DNA of 60,937 nt from the IMG/VR virus record IMGVR_UViG_3300035670_000217, positions 1 through 60,937 of that record, one strand, 5' to 3'. The position numbers and the translations under genes are program-made. Shown piece by piece: positions 19,401 through 25,831 of the stretch. Each line of letters opens with the position of its first letter. The stretch's first letter is position 1. The notes beneath the pieces are model-generated. The model was given only the letters and a program-made list of their open reading frames with translations. It made no database searches and was not told where the DNA came from. Source of the stretch: a virus. Lineage: Duplodnaviria > Caudoviricetes.

Positions 19401-19951
19401 TTGTAGATCTCTCGGGCCTTGCCGGTGACCACCTCGGCGTACTCGCGGGTCTTCGGCCCCCACATCGAACGGTTATCCCCTCCATGGTGGGCCATGATGG
19501 CCTCCTCCATGGAGTAGCCCTTGTCCAGTCGCTCGCGAAGCTGGCGGGCGGCGGCATCGACGGACTGGGCCGGGTCGAGCGGATTGATCCCTACGCGACG
19601 GGCGGTGTCGTCGATGTACTGCATCATGCCCTTGGCGCGCCCCCACTGGGTCGGCTGGCCGATCGCGTCAGGGCGGTAGCTCGACTCCTGCTGGGCCAGG
19701 GCCATCAGCACGTTGGCCGGCACGCCGTAGCGCGCCGATGCCTCCAGGAACAGCGGAGTGAATTGCTCGGGCGGCATCAGGTTGCCGCTGGGCGCCTGTC
19801 GGGGCGACAGGCTGGAGAGGTCAGGGCCGCCGGCCTGGCGACGGGCACCCCCCACCTGGGAGAGGTCAGGAAGCTCGAGGGCGCGACCGCGAATCTCGTC
19901 GGTCACCGAATCCAGCGGGTTGCGGAAAAAGGGGTTGTTCGCCACGAGCAT
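4457..19951 (-). CDS. giant virion-ejected polyvalent protein, DarB-like (lytic transglycosylase, DNA methyltransferase, SNF2-type helicase, zincin, PLxRFG domain)
   Basis: 5164-aa ORF; SLT motifs QQESS/AKGMMQ; MTase EPTVGTGNF and GNPPF (~13530); DHVVGAGKT (~11385), DEAH (~10900), GTNVQ/PWRP; HEAFH (~7990); YVPLSRYG (~6825). Confidence 0.92.
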   Translation of the reverse strand: MLVANNPFFRNPLDSVTDEIRGRALELPDLSQVGGARRQAGGPDLSSLSPRQAPSGNLMPPEQFTPLFLEASARYGVPANVLMALAQQESSYRPDAIGQPTQWGRAKGMMQYIDDTARRVGINPLDPAQSVDAAARQLRERLDKGYSMEEAIMAHHGGDNRSMWGPKTREYAEVVTGKAREIYNQAEGLRTPQEAMAEAEVAAEGEQPFTAGEFEDLTTQERTELLGSIEAEMKRLDEFARPSEEARTALEAQAGEIETLVAQFEERRASISTPEEVEAFNRDLGSLNERLAEFERQRDDYQRRADAFNQAQEHLRAEWERVQQAPERRRSERPEARSRIEGDADELSLEQIRELARDPNAPPEVDALSGAAPKYNDPNTMGTGTVLDLVRQGLGAAKDFLQTPASEREVLSRRAGEGEPRAPREPRPSGILGVDAAGEARRARENPQEVAQQFGRDFDKPDFIDGYTGAAPRPSSERTLLGWVENLSKSGGSGAASAVAGTIEGSGLILQQLENVEADRQMLDAAKGLDTTRLRMAETLRMMEQAGRSDEEILRAVQPWARDMVKRESEFHDAVVAWAEREPNRVAEWLRGMGADLSEIAESWQADPEYQGVATDIAAGVGSMLVYLGPGWLTTLMTKGSTAAIQAAASIAGASALAGPAGAAEAYQRAIDYGLSEDEALRVAMAGIPGGIVQVAPVAVLLQRIPSNVRGKAVGQIRHILESFGAEFVAEGAGAVIQNFVEMSYNEEKGLWDDTLYQAVIGGSSSALIAIGINLASGARGVPGALRNRNQTPLEASGGSLVTPDIMAARALDPWNYPTTLKEVVAARTPDAILDGHLTESAEGAPSGPLEGVMREAQTEAMVEAVHGERVSVATRTGDIAGTVESYTEDGQGGFRIRVLGDDGSMYTYTDADGVTVVRDGGQVADAGREMDAQAEMEAPRESTPGSTGDPGAIGLPPMAVVEAGEATDATGDGESPGLDQPADVAAEGVGLPEDYVQRVQQRIDFLKQAETTQDVEDLIAAEFSDQATADNALQINPERSRFLEAARVRHAELSDTQRQARAGAPLADAPADFQRDPSSPGLWRTPDAAIEFRESGFGDAVSFAAVDAATGETLARGSDMAELLARAQAEREARMVDGEAFMEQSEQEETAPTGEPLVRHTTRKGRELTGVLRDIPLAEAKEIDPYAFRKDGRSFIRVDRLRGEQQGQPIEEPTPSRDNREVVAQDTDATPGTAEVTPAAAPDRDLILTTRNTPFASFEKAQNAMRNRRIEGRVVQIYGGWAIERSAPVATPADFTPQYQDAVSAKIATQKRRVMRLRREPETEENVAKLRAAERRLRQLRNMAAQEAPAGWSPGDPIQVKGQPVDAEDTSAERVEESPIDRQEPVGQFAGNTIFTEDKVAAARARLKAKLGQINTGLDPEMLVDGMTIAGAYIESGVRRFSDYAKAMIDDLGTEVKPYLLSFYEGARNYPGLDTEGMTPVDAAKREHEAMLAEPAAEEDAPTSAVVSEEVIASAEAAPEADAPAETPPQQGRRVGESRTYDTSTPEGIRERMTELREDWAELAAIRDEQGMVTDARLESKIRDIETLLAELRQDLERMTSGASTATEGGSPKARQAARIAKLRELARKPELTEQDVLEGRRLKEEQLADPQADDEYTEQIEMGAEFLHRKLNVQQQNLQRADAPSQPRPERGDQPAPRPTDSVLRPEGRQRWRTERVAEKFIKDNDLLGVYVVVPEGKGFILERRAPYNLEIETRSYESRAFGDEPVTAYETILHRPEGMPRELFVAVVRAKVKGAKKFLKDDTQVAINDAEIGPLADHLQSNLIDRRDPGVAPPIPREEMPRDPGADTDPDTESLVDSAPHSGAQAEPGADPAPVDGARPDNTVGDGQPDSDRSGRADGVDRGEGAGPGAAPGAGGRRSDPRAGKSPANKPHGRTEDRPHQLEGENPGNFVITDELGLGEGTTGQKISGNLEAIRLMKEIVSEGRFATPAEQAVLARYVGWGGLKSVFDVKKRGATDMYGRAQAELRALLTPEEYEAAARSTRDAHYTAKGVVDAMWRAARHFGFTGGRALEPTVGTGNFLGLQPADLAAATEWHAAELDSVTGAIASLLYPEANVLAATGFQDAPFANGVFRLAIGNPPFGELRIRDKSKQHGHLDGMRIHNYIIGKAGDHLAPGGVMQMVVTHRFLDTANPEARDYLAKHFRFLGAIRLPNDAFEQNAGTSVTTDIVFLQKLRADEVGDANAAWLDVNGEIEVDGVKMRVNRYFQENPQHILGKSSMGGSMYRGDGQEYTVESDGRDIGAEVDRILAEDWADLEGIMAETNVDKDVGAAMLNVSDLPVGGMMLDPEGRLLRRDLDDPSGNAVIEEITPESYWREQAAQWEQAINAAKALRDSEGAMPTDAQVAAFLEVAELALDAKGEPKASPTKAEQAILDIREAISEPATFAWRFDEGLAAMEATLGRKQLGRKGYDTLRKLMDLRNRTLALIRAEKSDDPAMDTLRQELNQAYDAFVASHGLISDPDNIKLLAGDIGVEVGLESGYQPAIKPAEAKVMGVKPKKSSAKKAAIMSQRVAYPYREITSADSPRDALTISLSERGKLDLAYMSDLTGQPIKALIEDLSTGDAPAIFYDPAIEAYEHAEAYLSGNVKRKLDEALALGLEANARALEAVQPAPLTAERITPSMRGTWMPTDIFEGFLEALGVRGATVNIIDTVGMIKGRGVTGELTDLGVQFNDPDADIITLFNAATSGKSLTVWRGRGDERYVDKAASTRVTALAERMAKVFGEWAYSDAQRQAQVVDAFNRKMNTHRERTWDGEKYLKTVGQSPAVKLRRHQKNAAWRMIQSQAVLTDHVVGAGKTFTLITGIMERKRLGLSRKPMVVVPNHLVVQWASDFYQLYPGANILAATPDDFTKKNRRRLFARIATGDYDAVIVGHSSFGFIEPGESDTQNVIRERKKLLEQAMEDARLAGESKRTMRQMQNKLDSYDDRLKKLAERSRDDIGITLEDMGVDYLAVDEAHEFKNLEYATSSERVVGMNDPKGSQRAFDLYVKVRGIQERQGGVAFATGTPVSNSLVELYTVMSYLATPELQARGLDHYDAWAGAYAVTETRMEYTATQKIKPRRVLAGLSNLESLSQLYRQFADVITMDDLKRLYAEEKAQSNAETGANERTEFPVPKVAAGGRQLDTSAITPQQAEFMDYLVARMQGIEANKQDPEYAKIDNPLWVLSDARKMSLDIRTVDPQAARDDNGKVMRSARRIKDIYDRWSDDRGTQLVFSDLSTPAKQAGKNARKIVRDALTLLFNDKVARARMKAMRDLPFMEQWKQTVALSEDVMADPALAGDKLEKIEAFFAQAQEFEVEMQTADTGFSVYDDLREVLIEMGIPAGEIAFIHDYNTPEKKQRLFARVNAGAVRVLIGSTPKMGAGTNVQERLVALHHLDAPWRPSDVEQREGRIIRQGNKLYERDPDGFEVEIHAYSTNGTSDTVMWQILERKAGAIEQFRIGGLDSMSEAEGDADQYAEFMASSTGNPVFRLKLEAERDLTEARAETSGRAISVDNAKRFLRDYPERKAKLEATIAGLEPQALGDLSFAGETASVAEHDAAMAEAMAAFEEAYADYQAKLPLAEAKREKAVARGDTKLPPLPARPSRPHIFSKEVVEKSAYARLWQKALADVAAGPKDMSKRVSVKLGTINLTLERAPGYGKDVINTNLYLEATGERHFSVGHTAAKPEDSSSFRAALEPAHLTRELALALDSQRQYLAELERRQPREAEVAEQSVDESRVNELAELQQWYAIQVAFAEYHADTARGERENRYIAAERNRKLGNFENRESTGVRTYEVDGEAYTTTGAVSNQDGFIALEAVRDRDNRPVVLRGELVEGQLEVTGAIQEPAAARAQMRSATARSVAANRERTPRMGDAEVVQRLMQSELGEAADAMIASGKIQVLNHVPANLPRGTQAYVDADGTITLVARNLTPETILPALLHEAFHAGARPLIGTKAWNELQGRLAALYRQYSRSPGAAGDFFAAARQRIEAAEAAGDAMGEQRRIEEFGAYAIEAYEAAPRTLKAWVNDMVGRVKAWAMRTFGIQLGQVSPAQLRALAAAALRNGEMAASPALAVTARADEGGMVDAEGNPVPEDVRRQEVRRAVAEAQRALSVKPESFVADFDSGVTRDIGRITYWTHHPYTIASMEEQFTPVFTTAMRQNQFRDQIIAEMYPKFRAYKELTGEGRARVNRVLELGRLLNESYTDFQLRAGIKNPGFKTVVVHDAAGNPVRRREPLNTALSKRGEVIKLSKVEREAYAQLREMFDDALDLFRDQTLLDMGLAEFTGLTDPAGAMLDSITDDMPQAQQERLRNMAQMAEEIEQAKRAGYVPLSRYGRFAITVRETLTDIQYVKNPQGGWIARGVPDDMAGFMGQIGATYNELEGGWQINQGQRKALQRETTRTVYSEKVEITGYRDRLALWKASKSGAKAEAAIPEVRRRLAEVKERWGGANRTISVLDTQRAREENQINLADLDSLADLAHLDNETWDRVRDEFAQAMQGRGFRRHFFQSDNVPGYTDDFERSIADYMASMAGYLSRRHHQKDWQDAISGVKGERLRRYAHDYQRYVNDPAEEYAVLRQTGFLFYIAGNVSTAALNATQVPIMTMPILSQAGGQARAAAEVARAYKDALAMTSFIDQAREGWKRGGLRGSADMMLQMFDPADAPADVRAEVQAAWDDGMFAPQFTHEVMGFSGRRDGSAAAKLERTIDFVAASYTYVERMNRLVTFIAAVRMAKAKGVQAKANQVFAKNALAKHTMLGQHWSPENFATFIVNESQFMMGKANRSKMLRSHGAPIFQFMSFVLNSLQAWYRWASLHGRDGKMMAAASVAAIVALSGVWGAPGLDHLRQLYEDLWRWITDEDEDVRHNLREWIFEKTGRQWIAEVADKGGLYPLGIDMSRRIGLQNILPGTSSVQDALGIPADLLVGRPQRAWRREKAGDRVGAVAELMPNFIKNPVIAQGWRTEGAYTSRGDLLLRPDQIPTSALWWKSFGVQPTIVSDVQDYLYRSGRDMSRQSGVRSRFANRLARVEADAIRNQNPERAAQLEARIDAEWAKLDAYNERNPGNEIEITPQMINSRLNRMLDGVDAVIESRPRDRWERDEQFLENYNVLPIYEGTRGR
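14116..14418 (-). CDS. nested (overprinted) 100-aa protein inside the DarB-like gene
   Basis: GAGGAG RBS 7 nt before GTG; helical protein-like sequence; host frame loses GC3 bias over this interval. Confidence 0.7.
   Translation of the reverse strand: MTLEQIQTQILNHWWTQHRTQVRKLNPEQIQRQSMALARITRSEMDSLIAIGLDEPTAWTEARALALVPPPGPEDDVLTPEPENRPPINPMDALRTGPTS
16981..17130 (-). CDS. nested (overprinted) 49-aa membrane peptide inside the DarB-like gene
   Basis: GGAGG 6 nt before GTG; VNRLLDLLAILALSVFLLWRWWRLVKRQMLLVTVRALVWISLLMSPPKG; host-frame third positions become T-rich. Confidence 0.6.
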   Translation of the reverse strand: MNRLLDLLAILALSVFLLWRWWRLVKRQMLLVTVRALVWISLLMSPPKG

Positions 19952-19977
19952 TCCTCACGTCATTTTCAGGCAGTCTA

Positions 19978-21144
19978 TCAGTTCATGTCGCTCCACGTCG
20001 GCTGGCCGGGCAGGCCGCCAGCCGCGGGATTGGGCGTCCTGGGAGCATCATCGTCCGCACCCCTCACCAACTCCACCATTTCGTTGATGCGCTGCTCCTG
20101 CTGCTCGGGCGTCAGGGCGCCGAATCGGCGGTCCCCGCTGAAGCTCTCGACGATGCGCAGGCGCAGGTCGCGATCGCTGATCTGCTGACGATTGGAGTCA
20201 GAGCCGATGATGCGCGGGATCATCGCCGCGATCTCGCTGTCGCTGTAGCCCCACTCGCGCAGCACAGCGGCGGCCTCGTTGGCCTTCTGGCGCAGCCCCT
20301 CGGTGTTCTCCATCTGGCGAAGCTGGGAGCGGTGGGTGTCCTGCTCCAGGCTCTGGCCGTGGCGCATCTGGTCGCGTTGCAGCTCGCGCTGGAACTTGAG
20401 GTCGTCCTGGGCAGCACTGGCCCGCGCGGCGGCGGCAGCCTCGGACTGGCGCATGGTGACCTCGAACGCCTGGGGTGGCGACAGCAGGCCGATGCCCATC
20501 TGGTAGAGATCTTCGGTGCCCTCGAAGGTCTGCTCGAACTCCTCGCCGTCGCGCTCGAAGACCATGGTGATGCTGCCGCCGTCATTGACGCGGTGCGATT
20601 TCACGGTCACCCCGTCATCCATGTAGCCGGGCGAGTTGTAGGCCTGAGCCAGGGAGTCGGCAAAGGCCTTGGTGTCGCCACGCTGGGCGGCGCGCAGGGC
20701 CGATGCCCAGTGCTCCATGCCGCGCCGGGTCTGGCTGTCAGAGATCCACTGGTTCCACGCCTCGGCCTTCTCGATGTTGCCCTGGGCCAGGAAGGTCTCA
20801 CCGATCTTGGGCGCCGCGTCGCGCATGAAGTAGTCCATCACCGAGCCCATGCCGCGCTCGGCCCGGCCACGGGCCTCCTCGGGACTGGCGAATTGCTTGC
20901 CGTCCACCTCGTAGCCGGTGGTCATCTCGCCCATGAAGCCCTGGGCGCCGTCGAGACCCTGCTGGCCGATCCTGGCACTGATGTCGCCCTCGCGGGCCTG
21001 TCGAGCGCTCTCGATGCCCTGCTTGGCCTGGCGGCGGATCTGGCCCTGGTCGCGGATCTGGGCAAGTTGCTGGCCGGTTTGCAGGCCAGTGTTGAGGCCC
21101 TGGGAGAAGGCCCCGAGGCCGATACCGAAGTTTGCGAAGCTCAT
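19978..21144 (-). CDS. internal virion / ejection protein
   Basis: Gly-rich N-terminus, Q/A-rich helical body; position just before the giant protein. Confidence 0.7.
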   Translation of the reverse strand: MSFANFGIGLGAFSQGLNTGLQTGQQLAQIRDQGQIRRQAKQGIESARQAREGDISARIGQQGLDGAQGFMGEMTTGYEVDGKQFASPEEARGRAERGMGSVMDYFMRDAAPKIGETFLAQGNIEKAEAWNQWISDSQTRRGMEHWASALRAAQRGDTKAFADSLAQAYNSPGYMDDGVTVKSHRVNDGGSITMVFERDGEEFEQTFEGTEDLYQMGIGLLSPPQAFEVTMRQSEAAAAARASAAQDDLKFQRELQRDQMRHGQSLEQDTHRSQLRQMENTEGLRQKANEAAAVLREWGYSDSEIAAMIPRIIGSDSNRQQISDRDLRLRIVESFSGDRRFGALTPEQQEQRINEMVELVRGADDDAPRTPNPAAGGLPGQPTWSDMN

Positions 21145-22574
21145 GCGGGTGCTCCTTCAAGATCGCTGGCCCGACGGTTGCCGGTGCCGATGTTCTCCAG
21201 CATGGCGCCCAGCTCCTGGATGGCCTTGGTGTGCAGCCCGAGCATGTCCTGGACCGGGATCGTCTTGCCGTCCCCCTGGCCGGTGGCCGCCTGAAAGTCC
21301 TCGGCGTAGGGGCCGATGTGGCTACCGCCGTCGCCCATGCCGGGCTTGTAGTCCCACGCCTCCACCGGCAGGCCGGCGATAGCCGCCAGGGCGCTGCCCT
21401 CGACGGGGCGCTTGTTGGTCTTGGCGTCCTTGGAGGACATCATGTAGAGCCCGGCGGCAGTGCCGGCCATGCTGCCGACGCCACCCCAGAAGCCGGCGCT
21501 CCCCTGGGCCGCGGCCTGTTGGTTGGCCGACCACGCCTGGAGCTGGTTGCTGTACTGCTGGTTGAGCGTCGAGGCCATGCCGGCCTGGCCCGCCATGGCG
21601 CCCTGGAAGCCCTGGCCCATGATGCCGACGCCCGCCATGGAGCTGCCGAATGCCTGCTGCTGGCCCGCCAGCACCGAGTTGCCGACATTGACCGCGGCGC
21701 CGGCGGCGCCAAGCCCGGAGCCCTGGGCGGCGCCGGCGGCCTGGCCGGAGGCGGCCCCGAGTCCGGCAGCGCCGAGCGCGGCGTTGTACTGGCCGGCAGC
21801 GAAGCCAGCGGAACTCATGGCCATGTTGGAGTTGAGGCCCTGCTGGCTAGCGGCCTGGGCCTGGGCGCCGAGCCCATACTGGGCGACGTTCTGGCGCATC
21901 CCGACGGCCTGGCCGCGGATGTTGTCGCGCGCCTGGTTCTGCGCCCCGGCGGCTGCCAGGGCGGTCTGCTGGGCGATGGCGTTGTCGATGGACTGGAAGC
22001 GACCGGAGGCCGGGTTGAGCCCCATGCTGGCCATCTGGCGCTGCTGGGCGAGCTGCTGGCCCGAGGCGCTGCTGATCACGTCGGCACGGGCCTGGGCGGC
22101 CTGCTCGGCAAGACGCTCGTCGCTGTCCCAGCCCATGGCGTCTTCGCGCATCCGGTCCTCGACCGGGCGGCTGGCCTCGCGCTGGCGCTCCACCTCGGCA
22201 CGGTCGGCGTCGGCGCGCTCCTGGGCGGTTCCTCGCTGCTCCAGCGCCCACTCCCGATCGGCCATGGAGGCATCGCGATCCTCGCGCGCCCAGCCCAGCA
22301 TCTCCTCCTGGAGGCCGAGAGAGCGCTCGCGGTCCTCGGTGGCCCACGCGCGATCCTGGTTGGCCCACTCGAGCATCTGCTCGTTGATGGCGAGCTGCTG
22401 ATTACCGATCTGCGTGGTCAGGGCGTCGATCTTCACCTGGCGATCGGCGGCATTGCTGGCCTCGACCTTGGCAAACTCGAGCCACTGCTGGCCCAGCTCA
22501 GCCTGCATGAGCGCCGCCTTGCCGATATTCTCGTCTGGCTTCGGTGCCGCCGGCGTGCTGCTTTTCTTACCCAT
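21141..22574 (-). CDS. DNA-pilot-like virion protein with C-terminal peptidase S74 intramolecular chaperone domain
   Basis: MGKKSSTPAAP start, Ala/Gln/Gly-rich body; SSKDAK...WDYK...HIGPYAED...AIQEL motif. Confidence 0.75.
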   Translation of the reverse strand: MGKKSSTPAAPKPDENIGKAALMQAELGQQWLEFAKVEASNAADRQVKIDALTTQIGNQQLAINEQMLEWANQDRAWATEDRERSLGLQEEMLGWAREDRDASMADREWALEQRGTAQERADADRAEVERQREASRPVEDRMREDAMGWDSDERLAEQAAQARADVISSASGQQLAQQRQMASMGLNPASGRFQSIDNAIAQQTALAAAGAQNQARDNIRGQAVGMRQNVAQYGLGAQAQAASQQGLNSNMAMSSAGFAAGQYNAALGAAGLGAASGQAAGAAQGSGLGAAGAAVNVGNSVLAGQQQAFGSSMAGVGIMGQGFQGAMAGQAGMASTLNQQYSNQLQAWSANQQAAAQGSAGFWGGVGSMAGTAAGLYMMSSKDAKTNKRPVEGSALAAIAGLPVEAWDYKPGMGDGGSHIGPYAEDFQAATGQGDGKTIPVQDMLGLHTKAIQELGAMLENIGTGNRRASDLEGAPA

Positions 22575-22992
22575 GTCGGGCCTCCTTCGGAATCCAAGGG
22601 CATCGCGCGCGCGTCATGCCCAGCACTATCATATCGCCTTCCGGCGTGGCGTCCTTGAGCCGACCCTCTACCTGGAAGCCTATGCCAAGATCGAGTTTCA
22701 GGGCGGCTCGATTCCCCTCCTCCACCAACGCGGTCACTCGACGCAGCCCGCACTGCAGGAAGGGGTAGGCGAACACCCTCACCAGGAAGCCCCGGGAGAG
22801 CCAGCGGCGGCTGCCGTCACTGGCCACGTGGATGCGGCAATCCCAATCGGTGAAGCCCTCGTAGACCACCGCGGCCACGATCCTGCCCTCCTGCTCGACC
22901 CCGATCGCCTGGGCGTCCTCGAAGAAGCTGCAGCCAAGGATGGGGGCGGCGAACGCCAGGAGGTCTTCGCGGCGCTCGTAGGTGGGCGTCAT
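22567..22992 (-). CDS. GNAT-family N-acetyltransferase
   Basis: FAYPF..RRVTALVEEGNRAALKL..LGIGFQVEGRL motif; usual podovirus position. Confidence 0.8.
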   Translation of the reverse strand: MTPTYERREDLLAFAAPILGCSFFEDAQAIGVEQEGRIVAAVVYEGFTDWDCRIHVASDGSRRWLSRGFLVRVFAYPFLQCGLRRVTALVEEGNRAALKLDLGIGFQVEGRLKDATPEGDMIVLGMTRARCPWIPKEARHG

Positions 22993-22993
22993 G

Positions 22994-23572
22994 TCACAGG
23001 CTCGCGTAGAAGGTGCAGGAGACGGAAAACCACGAGGCATTGCCTGTGTGGGTGATTACGTCGCCGTTTGGGCGCACGTCGAGGCGCGCCGCGCCGAGCC
23101 CATTGGTGCTCGGGAAGAATATCTGACGAATGCGTGGCCGAAAGCCGGGCGGCAGATTGAAGGCTGGGGTGTTCACGCCGATAGTGCCGTTGCGAATCAG
23201 CCCCTCGATCACCACCAGACCGCTGGCCAGCCGGCGGTAAGCGATCGGGCCATATTCGCCACCGTAGTCCTCCCAGCCGTTGATCAGGGTCGGCGTGCGC
23301 CAGCCGCTGTCGCGCTCGGCGATCTCGTTGAGCGCGTCGCGCACCTGCATCAGCGAGCCCCAGCGCACCGCGTGGTCGGCCTCGGCGCCACGGACCCCGA
23401 ACAACACCTCCAGGCGCTCCTTCATCAGGTCCATGTCCTGAAGCCGGCGCCCGAGGTACTGGTCGATCACCCGGGCCATGGCGCGCTGCGCCTCCTGATC
23501 CTGGGCGCCGCCAATGCTGCCACGCCTGGCTTGCTGGATCGCTGCCTCGGTTCGCTCGAATCCTCTCGCCAT
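22994..23572 (-). CDS. putative tail/baseplate protein with C-terminal beta domain
   Basis: LINGW...VVIEG...FNLPPGFRP motif found in phage tail-associated domains. Confidence 0.6.
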   Translation of the reverse strand: MARGFERTEAAIQQARRGSIGGAQDQEAQRAMARVIDQYLGRRLQDMDLMKERLEVLFGVRGAEADHAVRWGSLMQVRDALNEIAERDSGWRTPTLINGWEDYGGEYGPIAYRRLASGLVVIEGLIRNGTIGVNTPAFNLPPGFRPRIRQIFFPSTNGLGAARLDVRPNGDVITHTGNASWFSVSCTFYASL

Positions 23573-23573
23573 C

Positions 23574-25322
23574 TCAGACCCCCATCAGCTCGGCGCCGCT
23601 GGTCGCCAGCGTCACCTGTTCCACCGGCATGTCGCCGGTGACCTCGATCTCCCAGCGACTGGCCTTGAAGCCCGAGGGCAGGCGGGCCATCCGCCCGAAG
23701 CGCGACACCGTGGCCACCAGCTTCTCGTCGGCCCACACGTTGACCGCCACATCGCGAGCAATACTCGGCACGATCGGCAGGAGGTCGCCCCCGATCGGCG
23801 CCATGTTGATCGCCGCGCCATTGATCTCGCCGCCCAGCTCGTCGTCGCCGGCGTACCAGGTGTCTCGCTCCTCTTGCACCTCGTCGACCAGCTCCTCCAA
23901 GGCGCGCAGCTCGTCGTCGCTCATGTCCTGGCGCACCTCGAGGAGGAGGGCGCCAAAGTTGGTCGGGCGCGGCATGACGAAGGTCTTGCTGTGCCACACC
24001 TGCTGGGCATTGGGTCGGCCTGGGGCATCCCACTGGTACACCGAGCCGTTGTCCAGGTAGTAGAGCGCCCCGGTCTCGATGTCGTAGAAGAAGCTGCGCG
24101 TCTGGACCTCGGTACGGATGATGAACGGCTGCTGGCCGGTCAGGTCGAGGATGAAGGTGCCGCGCTGCTCCTGCTGGTTGCGATCGACGTAGACGAAGCT
24201 GGCGTAGTAGCGCCCGTCGTACTGGCCGGCAACGAGCTGGCCGGGGTTGATCTCCTGCCAGTCATCGCGACTGAACAGCGACTCGGTGACCACCCTGGCG
24301 CCGCCCTGACTGACCACCACTAGGCCGTCGTGCGAGGAGTAGACCACCGCATAGCCCATGTCGACGATGCTTTTGCGGCAAATGCACGGCAGGTTCAGCT
24401 CGAGCTTCTCCAGGATCATCGACTCGGGGCTAGTGCCACTGGCGACGTATGGGTTGCCGGTAGTCAGCACCGCCAGGCTGGTGCCGAACGCGCCCAGACC
24501 GACGATCGGGTAGTCCACCGTCAGGGTGTATATCTCGGGCCAGGCATGAGGCCGATAGGGCTCGGAGAAATACAGGGTCTTGCCGTCGAAGGCCGCCATC
24601 ATGCCGTTGGGCATGGCGGTCAGCCCCGAGAGCCCTGCCGGTGGCGGCGACCAGAAGGTTGACGGCACGGGCTCGAAGAAGTCGCCCACCGGGATGTTGT
24701 CGGTGAAGTTGCCGGTCCCGACCGCGCGCTCGGCGATGAAAAAGAGCTGTGTGCCGCCCTGGCCGGTCTGGCTGCGGTAGATCCGCTGGTGGGTGATGCC
24801 GCGCCCCGAGATTCCGGACTGGAAACCGGAGAGCGTGACCGTCTGCCCCGGGCGCCACTGCACCTCGTCGCTGATCGGCGAAGGCATCGACTCCTCGCCG
24901 AACTCGGTGACCAGGGTGTAGACGTAGAGCCGGGTCACGAGGTCGCCGGTGCCGGTGCCCGAGACGCTGGCCGACAGCTTGGTGGTCGGTCCGGGCAGCG
25001 CCAGGTCGTAGACATCGCCGTTGACGCGCATCTTGGGGGCGCCGTCGCCGGTGTAGTAGAGCCGATCCTGGGCCACCGGGCCGGGCGCGGCGTGGACCAG
25101 CGACGACCAGGCCAGCCAGTCGTTGTTGTGCCGGTAGATCGTCGCCGAGTCACCCTCGGGCGGGTCATCCAGGGTGACGATGCGGCGCGACAGTCGAATG
25201 GGCTCCAGGCCGCCATCGGTCAGCCGGGTGTTGGCGCAGAACTGCGCCGACATGTCCGGCAGCAGCCGCGGCAGCAGCTTAGGGATCTCGCCGGAAAACC
25301 CGATCAGCTTGAGGGTGGCCAT
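23574..25322 (-). CDS. tail nozzle / stabilisation (tail tubular B-like) protein
   Basis: 582 aa; FSGEIPKL..RLLP, YVYTLVT.FGEES, SEPYRPHAWP motifs. Confidence 0.75.
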   Translation of the reverse strand: MATLKLIGFSGEIPKLLPRLLPDMSAQFCANTRLTDGGLEPIRLSRRIVTLDDPPEGDSATIYRHNNDWLAWSSLVHAAPGPVAQDRLYYTGDGAPKMRVNGDVYDLALPGPTTKLSASVSGTGTGDLVTRLYVYTLVTEFGEESMPSPISDEVQWRPGQTVTLSGFQSGISGRGITHQRIYRSQTGQGGTQLFFIAERAVGTGNFTDNIPVGDFFEPVPSTFWSPPPAGLSGLTAMPNGMMAAFDGKTLYFSEPYRPHAWPEIYTLTVDYPIVGLGAFGTSLAVLTTGNPYVASGTSPESMILEKLELNLPCICRKSIVDMGYAVVYSSHDGLVVVSQGGARVVTESLFSRDDWQEINPGQLVAGQYDGRYYASFVYVDRNQQEQRGTFILDLTGQQPFIIRTEVQTRSFFYDIETGALYYLDNGSVYQWDAPGRPNAQQVWHSKTFVMPRPTNFGALLLEVRQDMSDDELRALEELVDEVQEERDTWYAGDDELGGEINGAAINMAPIGGDLLPIVPSIARDVAVNVWADEKLVATVSRFGRMARLPSGFKASRWEIEVTGDMPVEQVTLATSGAELMGV

Positions 25323-25331
25323 GACTGCTCC

Positions 25332-25823
25332 TTAGCGCTGGTCGGCGCCCACGAAGAAGGCGTCGATCTGCTCGTCGCTCAGGCCGAGGCCCTGCTTGCC
25401 GAGCGTGATCAGCCACTCGTTGTCGCGCTCGAAGTCCTGGGCATCGTCCCAGTAGATCTGCACCATGCGGCGCGTCATCTCGTCCTCGATGGCGTCGATC
25501 GCCGGCTGCACCATGTCCAGCAGGCCGGCCGCCAGGAGTTCCTGCTTGGCCTGGCGACGAGTGACCGAGGCCGGCACACCGCCCGCGATGCGCCCCTCGA
25601 CCTCCAGCCTGGCTTCGGCCTCGGTCAGGATCGCCTCGACCGTGGCGCGAAGCTCCTCGGGGAAGGGCTCGGGGCCATTGAAGGGGTCGCGCTCGACCCA
25701 CTCACGATCGCCGTCGATTTCGTAGTGGATAATGCCGGCGGCCGCCAGGGCGCTAACGTCCAGGCTCACCCCGAGGTCCTTGCGGGGGAACACCAGCCCT
25801 TCGGGCACAAGGATCTGCTTCAT
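25332..25823 (-). CDS. putative tail fibre assembly protein
   Basis: Follows the fibre gene; VTRRQAK..LL..GLL, W..A..FER, LS.EQIDAFF pattern. Confidence 0.6.
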   Translation of the reverse strand: MKQILVPEGLVFPRKDLGVSLDVSALAAAGIIHYEIDGDREWVERDPFNGPEPFPEELRATVEAILTEAEARLEVEGRIAGGVPASVTRRQAKQELLAAGLLDMVQPAIDAIEDEMTRRMVQIYWDDAQDFERDNEWLITLGKQGLGLSDEQIDAFFVGADQR

Positions 25824-25831
25824 GGGTCACC

